Shown: one piece after another, positions 53,785-64,000 of the stretch
Position numbering within the stretch: the stretch's first letter is position 1
Layout: each line of letters begins with the position of its first letter
Assembly (NCBI GenBank): GCA_951406725.2
Contig: OX597816.1
Location: forward strand, 129,642,001-129,706,000
Length of the DNA stretch: 64,000 bases
Direction: 5' to 3'
Origin: Octopus vulgaris
Taxonomy: Eukaryota
Translations under genes and position numbers: made by a program
Notes under the pieces: model-generated
What the model was told of the DNA's origin: nothing
Database searches by the model: none
Seen by the model: only the letters and a program-made list of their open reading frames with translations

Positions 53785-54104
53785 TTATAGAGGATCTGCA
53801 AGGCCACTCACATTTAGTTGGAGAAGGGGAGAAAGAGATAAGAGAAATGTTCAGTGGGAGATTAATATTTTGTTTTAGAATGAAATATATTACAATCAGT
53901 TTTAAGTATTAAAGAAAGATAATAGCCTTAAAACAGAGTAGTATAATGTAGCCAGGTAAATTAATATGATAAAATATCACAATTCATTGTGTAGTGTAAT
54001 TCTAGGTGGTTAGAGTGTCTCTTAATATATTATGCTTTATTATGTTCCTGTCTCAAAACTGTAAAGTTATTTCAATAACTTAATAATATATTCAATATAA
54101 TAAT

Positions 54105-54358
54105 AAATAATAAATGCGCTCTTTTAAAGCCTAGCCAGGCTCATGGGCCCGGTTTCCTGGTTTCTATGGCGTATGTGTTCCCCAGCTGGACGGGACACCA
54201 GTGTCCATCACAGCGTTACTCATTTTTGCCAGCTGAGTGGACTGGAGCAACATGGAATGAAGTGTTTTGCTCAAGAACACAACACGTCACCCGGTCGAGG
54301 AATTGAAACCACAATCTTACGATCATGATGCTGACACCCTAACCACTAAGCCACATGC
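54105..54358 (-). mobile_element. tRNA-derived SINE, family C
   Basis: Minus strand GCATGTGGCTTAGTGGTTAGG...GGTTTCAATTCC...TGTGTTCTTGAGCAAAACACTT, (TTA)n tail; related copy at about 43260-43425. Confidence 0.75.
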
Positions 54359-54393
54359 TTCTACTTATTCAATATATATACTTAGTAATATAT

Positions 54394-54614
54394 TTAACCT
54401 TTTAGCATTTAAACCAGCCATATCTGGCCAAAAATTTTTTTCCTGTTTTATCTTCAAACTGGCTAGATCCAACCTCTCACACCTACCTATCAATGTCATT
54501 CAAAGCATAATCGATTCCATCATTGAATCTCAAAGTTATGAGATAATGCATGGTTAATTCAAAACAATGTGAAGCAATATATTTGACAGAATAATCTGAA
54601 TGCTAAAGGGTTAA
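54394..54614. mobile_element. TTAA-flanked MITE (piggyBac-like termini)
   Basis: TTAA-CCTTTTAGCATT ... AATGCTAAAGGG-TTAA; copies at about 8142-8358, 17002-17230, 49886-50105 and 51677-51865. Confidence 0.78.
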
Positions 54615-55530
54615 CATATATACTGAATATATTTCTTACCAGTAGTATTTATTTGCTTTATTTTTCTAAGTGATTTGTGTTTAACATTTACATGAATTTA
54701 ATAGCTTTACCACTCAATATCAGCAGCACAAATGCTATAAGCAAGTATTAGAAGATTAATGAATGCCCTATTTTGTTCTTTATTTAATAATTATGGCTTT
54801 TACATCAACTTCATTTCTTTATATGTACTTCTACTCATGTTTGTTTATATGTATGTGCATGTGTGTCTATGTGTGTGTGTGTGTGTGTGTGCTCGTCATC
54901 CACAGGAATGAGATGGCCTGTCCATCATAGCTGATTCCTAATAAGCATAGCTTGGATTGATGTAATCCTCGTTTCAGCAAAAACCTCAGTGTCAGGAATG
55001 AGTGAAGATCAGCTTATTCTGAGTATGTAGCAGACATTTCTGGTGAAATCTCTCCAGCATTTTTACACAATGCATGTATAGTGATCAAGTTTCAGAAGAA
55101 TACACAAGTGCAGAAAGATAAATGCGATGGGAAGAGCAATTATAGGTTCAAGAGTTCAAACTCTGTAATGAGCAGACAGAGACATCGTGTGTGTGCGTGT
55201 GTGTGAATTGCCACTGCGGTTGGATTTGCTTTCAGTTTAAGATGTCTGGAAAGAAGCTATCAAATAGAATGGAAGGAACCGTAAGGGAATTACACTGGAT
55301 ATTAAACTTAATATTTTAAAAAGATTTGAAGCAGAAGTAAAACCAAGTTTACTGAAACATTAAATTTTGTAACGTCTACCGTGGGAACAATTCATGACAA
55401 CAGAGAGAAATTTATGTTAAGTTCTCAAGAAGCTACTCCGTTAATTTTTCCATAGATCCATAAAGATTTCCATAATGCTTAAAATGGAATGATTCTTGTG
55501 TGTATGGGTTAAGGATGAGAATTGGAGTAA

Positions 55531-58500
55531 TCATCATCATCATTTAACGTCCACTTTCCATGCTAGCATGGGTTGGACGGTTCAACTGGGGGTCTGGGAA
55601 GCCCGAAGGCTGCACCAGGCCAGTCAGATCTGGCAGTGTTTCTACAGCTGGATGCCATTCCTAACGCCAACCACTCCGTGAGTGTAGTGGGTGCTTTTTA
55701 TGTGCCACCGACACAGGTGCCAGACGAGGCTGGCGAACAGCCACGCTCGGATGGTGTTTTTTACGTGCCACCGGCACGGAGGCCAGGCAAGGCTGGAACG
55801 GCCACGATCGGATGGTGTTTGTTACGTGCCACCAGCACGGAGGCCAGTCGATGTGGTACTGGCTACGGCCACGTTCGGATGGTTTTCTTATGTGCCACTG
55901 GCACTGGTATCACAAAACTACAAATTCCATTGATGTTCATCAATTTTGATTTGATTCTTTGATTTTTGATTTTCACTTGCCTCAATAGGTCTTCACAAGT
56001 AGAGTTATGTGTCCCAAGAAGGAAGGTATGCACAGGTGGACTGACTACGTCCCAGGTAGGGGCCATGGGTTATGGCCTCACTTGTCCTGCCAGGTCTTCT
56101 CGCGCACAGCATACTTCCAAAGGTCTGGTCTCTGGTCATTTCCTCGGTGAGACCTAAAGAGCGAAGGTCGTTCTTCACCACCTCGTCCCAGGTTTTCCTA
56201 GGTCTACCTCTTCCACAGGTTCCCTCAACCGCTAGGGTATGTCACTTTTTCACACAACTATCTTCATCCATTCTTACTACGTGTCCATACCAGCATAGAC
56301 GCTTCTCTTGCACACCACATCTGATGCTTCTTAGGTCCAACTTTCTTCTCAAGGCACTTACACTCTGTCGGGTATGAACACTGACATTACACACCCAACG
56401 GAGCATACTGGCTTCATTTCTTGCGAGCTTATGCATATCCTCAGCAGTCACGGCCCATGTTTCACTGCCATGTAGCATGGCTGTTCGCACACATACGTCA
56501 TACAGTCTGCCTTTTACTCTGAGCGAGAGACCTTTTGTCACCAGCAGAGGTAAGAGCTCTCTGAACTTTGCCCAGGCTATTCTTACTCTAGCAGTTACAC
56601 TTTCGGCACACCCACCCCCGCTACTAGGTAACGGAAACTATCAACTATTTCAAGTTTTTCTCCCTGGAATGTGGCGGAAAATGGTCTCTGCGCATTTTCA
56701 GTGTTTATTGCACCAGAGCATCTACCACATACAAAAACTATATTCCTAGTTAGCCTTCCTTTGACATTGCTGCACCTCTTATGTGTCCATAGCTTACACT
56801 TGGTGCATCTTATAGAGTTCCTACCTACGCCTTTTCTACAGATCGAGCAGGGCCATCTACCTGAAGGCGTTTGAGATTTGTCTACCTTCCTACTTATTAG
56901 GACTTTGGTTTTAGCTAGATTGACTCTAAAGCCCTTCGATTCTAATCCTTGCCTCCACACCTGAAACTTCTCCTCGAGTTCTGATAGTGATTCAGCAATT
57001 AGAGCAAGGTCATCAGCATAGAGGAGCTCCCAGTGGCATCCTGTCTTGAATTCCTCCGTTATTGCCTGGAGGACTATGATAAATAGGAGGGGGCTGAGGA
57101 CTGAGCCTTGGTGGACCCCAACCTCCACCCAGAATTCTTCACTGTACTCGTTGCCAACCCTCACCTTACTAACAGCGTCCCTGTACATAGCACGCACAGC
57201 TCTCACTAACCATTCATCTATCCCTAGTTTCCTCATTGACCACCAGATAAGGGATTGGGGGACCCTGTCAAAGGCTTTCTCCATGTCAACAAAAGCCAGG
57301 TACAGGGGCTTATCTTTGGCTAGGTATTTCTCCTGCAGCTGTCTCACCAGAAATATGGCATCAGTGGTGCTTTTCCCTGGCACGAAACCAAACTGCATCT
57401 CATCTAGGTTGACTCTCTCTCTAATCAGTTGGGCTATGACCCTTTCCGTAACCTTCATTACCTGATCCAACAGCTTGATACCTCTGTAATTACTTGTATC
57501 TAGGGCGTCACTTTTACCTTTGTAGCAGTTGACTATTATGCTACTACACCAGTCATTGGGTATGACTCCTTCGTGTATCACCTAGTTAACTATACGGGTG
57601 ACTAGGCTATAGCCGACACTGCCAGATATTTTGAGCATCTCAGCATTAATTCCTGATGGGCCTGGGGCTTTCCCTGTCTTCATGCTTCTAATTGCCTTAA
57701 CTACCATGGAACTGTCAACTCGGATAGCTGGTCCCTCTATTGGGTCGACATTCGGCAGACTCTCTTTATCCCATTCATTCTCTTTGTTGAGCAACCTTTC
57801 ATAGTGGCATCTCCAAACCTCTCTCTTTGCATCCTCATTTAGCGCAAGTGAACCATCATCCATGCGAACACATTTCTCTCCTACCACATCACGATTCTCT
57901 CTCACACACTGTCTTGCAACATGAAACACCTCAAGTCTTTGGTTCTCACGGCACAAAACATTGGCAAATTTTTTCTTATCTGCTTCCCCTCTAGCTAAAT
58001 ATACCTGTCTCCTAGCTTCTCTTTTCGCAGTCTGATACAATTCCCTACTACCGCCTTTCCTCCAGTCCTTCCAAGCCTGTCTCTTGTCTCTAATAGCCCT
58101 GTCTACAACATTGTTCTACCACCACGTTACCCTGGGACGAGATGGGACTTTGCTCCATCCACAGATCTGGCCAGTGGCTCTCAGCAGATTGTCCCGTAGA
58201 AACCTCCAGTTGGCTTCCACATTATGTGATGCTATATCCCCTTCTATTTCGTCGAAAGCTTCGAGTAGAACTTCTCTAAATCTCCGTCCATTTACAGGAT
58301 CTTTAAGTTTCCAGACTCTTCTCCTCCGAGCTGGTCTTCTTCTGGGCAGCCATTTGGCCCTGATCCTGAAGTCGCTAACTACTAATCTATGTTGAGGAGT
58401 ACATTCCTCGCCTGGGAAGGTTTTGGCATTTATAAGCAGCCCTCTTTCCCTCTTTCTGGCGAGGATGTAGTCGATCTGGCTAGTGTGTCTGCCAGAACGG

Positions 58501-58995
58501 TAGGTGACTAGGTGAGAGGTGGGTTTCCTGAAGTTGGTATTGCAAATCATAAGGTCATTTGCATTGCAGAACTCCAGCAGCCTGGTTCCCTCCTCATTGC
58601 GAGAACCAAAACCGTAGCCCCCGTGTATGCCATGGAAGCCCCCGACATGCCGTCCAACATGTCCATTGAAGTCACCTGCCACAAAGAGAAGGTCACTGTC
58701 ATTTGTCAACGAGGTAGTCTGTAATAAGGTGTCATAGAATCGGTCTTTCGGCCCTTCTGGTAGCCCTGGCTGAGGGGCATATGCCGAGATAATGGTTGCT
58801 GACCTATGATAAAGCACTAATCTAATCTTAAGTATTCTGTCACATACTCTGACTACCTCGACTACCTTATCAACCCATTTCTCTGCAAGAAGTATACCCA
58901 CGCCCCCAACCCCGTCAGTGTTCCCTGCCCAGAAAATCTTGTACCTGTATTCTTTGCCTGTGAGGAACCTAGCGGAACCTCCTCTCCACCTTACT
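55531..58995 (-). mobile_element. RTE-clade LINE, near-full ORF2 (APE endonuclease plus RT) with disablements
   Basis: EN motifs SAYAPQ, GDFNGHVG, SQIDYIL and QHRLV; RT motifs as in 10046-11560; nonsense TAG at 58116-58118 and 57582-57584; frameshifting deletion near 56625; (GAT)n tail. Confidence 0.96.
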
Positions 58996-60410
58996 TGTAA
59001 AGATAAATACAATAGCAATTAAAGAAAGAGCCAAAAGCTAATATAACAATTTGCCAAAAAAGAAAAACAGGAAAAGGTATAAGTGCATGAATTTGCACAA
59101 CATAAAAATAACGAGTGAAACTGAGAGCACTGGTTCAGAGGCTGCTACTACTAATCTTGGGCAGTTGATGAAAACGATTGTTTTTCACACACATCTAAGA
59201 GGAAAATTCTCCCAGAACTATTTTCACAGTAGGATGTCATATCACTTGAACATGTTAAATATGACTTCACACAAATATTTATTTGGGTGAGTGTATATAT
59301 CATCATTAACATCACCATCATCATAGATTTTACGTTAACTTTTCCATGCTTGCATGGATCAGATGGAATTATGTTGCGGCAGATTTTTATGGCCTAATAC
59401 CCTTCCTGTCACCAACCCTCACCTCCTTCCAGGTAAGGTGATATTTTCTCCCTCTATATTTTAAAGGTCATGGGCCAACAGGTTTTTGGGATCTGACAAT
59501 ATGCCATAAGGCTAAACCTTTTATGGACGGGAAACCTAAGGTAATCCCATAAACCAGCCTTCCCTATTTTTAATATATATATATATTATATATATATAAT
59601 TGAGATTCAGTTGAATTAGGTACCTAAGTTGAAGCACCAAATCAGTGTGGTATTATCCATACAACTCAAAGTAAGGTGAATAAAATCAAAATAAGCAACA
59701 GGATATCAAGAGGTGATGCAGTACAACCGTTGCAAGCAGCTCCATTTAATTGAACAATGCAATCATTACATCAATTTAAATGCAAGGCTATCCTCAGCTA
59801 CATACATAAATAAATAGAATTTTTAATCAGTCAGACACTTTAGTATAATTTTACTCAAATACTCTAATAGAGCAAGAAGATGGAAAGAATCCATGTTGCT
59901 ACTAGTGTAGCTAAGAATATACTATACTTCTAAGAAATGTATGAAGTCTGTTGGGGTCATAGCTTGTAAGTCTTTTTATCAACTACTAAATCTAGGACTA
60001 GAAGACTGTGTCTGTTTAGAATGGAAGGCAGGAGTGAGTTGGGTATGGTCAAAAATATTGCCAAGATTTTAGGAGTAGTGTAAAGTAAGTGTCTGTAAAG
60101 GAGACTGGGTAGGGGAAGACCCCAAATCAAGATATTAATTACCAGTTAAAGGGGAAAGATGCAATTAAACCTGTGACGTTAATACAGAGGAAATTTTATC
60201 ATGGAGTACTATGAGTGATTGTTTATAAACAATATTGTTATGTTGTATAAAGATAAAATTTAAGATTATAAAAAATGATATTATAACCCAAATAAATAAA
60301 ATGTGTATATATACCAATTTTTAACATTAGAAATACAAATACAAAATACAGATACAAAATGGCTGATCGTTAGTAAGGAGAGACACACAAATAAGAAAGA
60401 AGAAAGTAAA

Positions 60411-60455
60411 GGACCACTGATGAGGTCACAGAAGTGTGACGATAGAACTCTGGCC
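60411..60455 (+). ncRNA. Hammerhead ribozyme motif (near-intact, GATA in place of GAAA)
   Basis: GGACCA-CTGATGA-GGTCACA gaag TGTGAC-GATA-GAA-CTC-TGGCC; same family as 34528-34573. Confidence 0.55.
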
Positions 60456-61239
60456 GAAATAAGATTAATGTAAAAAATAAAATAAAGCTGAAGCAAATTA
60501 GTACCAAATATATAGTGCGTGTGCTTTTATTGACTAAACTGGCAACATGACCATCCCTAAATACAACTATATATATATATGTATACAGTTATAGCTTACA
60601 GACCCTACAAATGTGCAGTTGGATCCACGAATATAATTATAATCCGATAAAACAAACAGGTTTTAAGTCTAGGACTCCTTGTAACACATGCTACGGGCCC
60701 AGCCCTAACATATCCCAACCCGATTATATAGGAAACGTTTAAAGAAATTGCTATCAATTGGTAGATGTGAAAGGTATTTTGTAATTGATCTGTGCACCGT
60801 GGGAGATAACAGATTTCAGACTGGTCCATGAGCTATTTTTGGGTTTACCATGACTGGGTGTGTATAATCTTTATCCGGATGCCGCATAGAACATACACAT
60901 GACATGGTACTTCCATTTTATTAACAGAAGAAAACATCAAAGTGATCATTCGATTTGCCAGAAATAGCAGCCAAATCTCATTCAAATTGTACCATACTAT
61001 CTTAAAAAAAGAAAGACTAGATCGATAGAATAGGAAGGCCTTTGATCAGTGTTCTACTTAATCACAAGAGCATGTTCCCATCAGATTGTGCAGTCATCAG
61101 TATGAGATTTTTACAGTTAATTAATCTTATTTAGCCTAATTAAACAGACCTATAATTAAAGGTATTCAGTTAAACTGAATATATTTTCTTTTATACTATA
61201 GTAAGGTGCAGTTTAAGGAATTTATGGCTGGTTAACTGA

Positions 61240-63720
61240 CAGAAGGAAAAACGATCCGCTGAGGTCCGCTTCGCGAATTCGTTACTTTTTTTTTCTTTTA
61301 GCAAGAAATGTTTCGATTCACAAATGAATTGTCATTGCTGATAAACAGGTTTTCTAAAATGTATTTGATCAAAATCAAAATATAAGTGAATTTAAATACC
61401 GCCCAATAATAATGGAAATGCAAAACTCATAATCAGCAAATATTAATTATAAAAGTACATGTCAACTAAGAAACGAACAAAATAGATAATTAAAGGGAAA
61501 TGTAAATAAGAAATCTACATTTTGCGAAGAATTGAATCAACGACAATTTAATATAAATAAATAAAATATTTTTGGCCTTGGTTTAATTGCAACACAGCAT
61601 TTAGTTGCGATTACGTGGTAAAATAAAATGTGCGGCTTTATACGAAACAGTAATATGAGAAGGAAAGACGTGTAAAAAAGAAAATAAACGAAAGTAGACC
61701 TACAAACGACCTTGACAGAGAATACAAGAGAAAAATTATGATCGAAGTATACCCAACGTGATATCTTTTTAAAGTAAAATATGTTTATAAAATAGTAATT
61801 TTTTTACAATATTTACAGGAATAGATTGTTTACATACCCCCACAAATGAGCTTGAAATTAATTGTCTTTTAATCACGTTGAATGACGGTCCTGATGGTGT
61901 CACCAAAATAAGTTTACTAAAAACACAATAGAGTTACGTCCCTTACCTATATAATACCCGGCATTATATAATTGTTTCAATTTTTTGCACAAGGCCAGCA
62001 ATTTGGGAACAGATTAGATCGTCGATTCGATCGACTTCAGCTCTCAGCTAGTACATGTTTTATCGACAAAGACAAAGTCGACCTTCTCGACATTTGAACT
62101 CAGAGCTTATAGTCGGAAGAAATGCTGTAAGCATTTTGTCCGGTGTCTCAGCATTGTATAATAACTGATTATGTGTACCACTATTTTATTGTGTTATGTC
62201 ATTATACAGAGAAAGACAAGAATCAAATTTTAACAAATGAGTTATTTGACGTATTATATTAAGTTAAATGAAAAACTGATATTCATTTGTTGCTAAAATT
62301 CGTACAGTAAATTAAAGTTATTCTGCTTCACCTTTCTGAAAGGTACCAAGTTATCAACCGTCATTAGAATGATTTTCTCCTCGTTGTTACTTAACTCTAA
62401 ACACTATTCCACATGGAGAATCTCCCGTTATTGTTGTAAATTTCAAATTATATATTAAGCAAAAAAATTAATATTAATTTTTATTTTACTCAGTATAGCA
62501 TTTAACAAAAATTTGTCACTTAATCTAGATGCTGGAGTTCGCGAATGTCTACGCCATCGATTTTGTGATGTAACTATAGTTGACACTAAGGGATCTGGAT
62601 GTAATGGCCTGAGTTCATCTAGATCGAAACTAATGTCAACATCGATGGCTCAATTTAGCTGTTACCAACTGATTTGAATCAAACAGAAAATGTAAACTGA
62701 CAAAGAACTTACCACTTCGATATTTAGCTTCTTTTAACTAATCCCAAAGGCCCTACATTTTTGGTAGGATGACGATTAAAAAAGAAGTGTGATATTTTTA
62801 TCATAAACGACGTGAGCGAAGCAAAACGATTTTACCTTTACTTCCTGGTACACTTGTATATTGATAGAGCTGACCTCTAGAATGCTCTAGAGTTATAATG
62901 TAGTTAAATTTATCTCTTGATATGGGTAAGAAACTGTGAAATGCTTTATAATTAAAGTGATGATGACGACTGCAAAAATACTTATGTACTACTCGTTTTA
63001 ATTGATGAAAGGGGGGCTTTTGTCAGCAGTATTAGCACTTACGATGAGAATTCCAATTAAAGCGGCTCTACACCGACTTAGTAATTATGCTCAGATGTGT
63101 CTGTGTGTGTATACGTGTATAATGATTAGATACTTTAGCCCATGCGGTGGTTAATTACATCTTTTGTAGTCTTAAAGCAAATATGTTGCTTTAAAAACAC
63201 TTAAATATTAAGGCTTCTATGACGAAAATAAGATGCTTAAGTATTAATCTACTTTGTACTAGTATAGCTATATTTTTAGGAAAATTTAGTTTCATTTACC
63301 GGATTATAGAGGATTAGGTGAGCAAAAAATGACAAGTTACCTCAAAATTCGAAACGATACGTTCGATAACATAACTGACCTTATTTAAGATTCGCAAAGA
63401 TTATTACTATCAACCTCTCATCTTCCTTTTTTTTCTTCTTTTTACTAAGCGTGTTCACACTTAATACTAATATTTATATTCCTTTAGGCTTGTTTCTAAG
63501 TTTCCAGTTTAAAACAAGAAAATTAAAAAAGTGGGATGTCTTTTTCCACATCCATTCAGAGAATGTAAAAAAATGGAAAGTATGGCATTTATGTGTTTCT
63601 TTTGGGAAACAACGTCGTGATTTGGCTTACCGTAACCTGAGCGAATTTTGTGATGTCGCCTTATGTAAATACATATTATTAATTTTTGTTTTGTTATTTA
63701 GAAATCGATGATAGCAGAGA
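61240..63720. promoter_or_regulatory. CpG-retaining zone, candidate promoter or first-exon region of the IMPase gene
   Basis: CG dinucleotides are visibly more frequent than in the preceding introns; the IMPase needs an upstream non-coding exon; candidate minus-strand donor GG|GTATGT at 61838/61837. Confidence 0.35.
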
Positions 63721-64000
63721 GCGAAGATCTCAATTTAAATTCCTCATTACTTGTACTTACTTATTTTATTGATCCTGGAGAAATAGAAAGCAAAGTCCAC
63801 CTCGGTAAGATCTAAGCTAGGAATCGAGAACAAAACTAGCTAATATTATTTAGTTATATATTGTGTTCTGTTTTTACTTTCATACAGTATTACATCTTTT
63901 TCTCTTCCTATTTAACTCTTTCATTCTTGTAATTGGTCAGAACACAGTAATACCTCGCATGACGAGTTTATTTCGTTCCATGACCGAGCTAAGGGGCCAC

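Noticed and set aside
55531-58995. Active autonomous LINE
   Set aside because: It carries two nonsense codons and a frameshift and is truncated within the endonuclease N-terminus.

Overview
AT-rich, repeat-dense eukaryotic genomic DNA. The SINE, RTE-LINE and microsatellite landscape strongly suggests an octopus or other coleoid cephalopod (inference). Two spliced protein-coding genes converge tail to tail. The first is the 3' part of a threonine synthase-like 1 gene (THNSL1, + strand, 7 coding exons from 2010 to the stop at 30727; its 5' part lies upstream of the window). The second is a complete inositol monophosphatase CDS (IMPA1/2-type, - strand, 8 coding exons 49427 to 33273, 279 aa). Introns hold RTE LINEs (with a PHD-like C4HC3 finger inside the RT and a variable 63-bp 3'UTR array), tRNA-derived SINEs, Penelope-like element remnants, an RLE-type LINE tail, mariner/MITE/hAT/Helitron elements and microsatellites. 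The most notable hidden structures are: (i) about seven type I hammerhead ribozyme motifs from several families, including one intact copy at 21621-21709 in the sense orientation of a THNSL1 intron and overlapped by a 230-bp inverted repeat; (ii) a Penelope 3' module joining a tRNA-like Pol III promoter, (AAT)n and a hammerhead; (iii) an exact 900-bp tandem duplication at 24194-25993. Repeat boundaries were read by eye and are approximate unless TIR or TSD positions are given.
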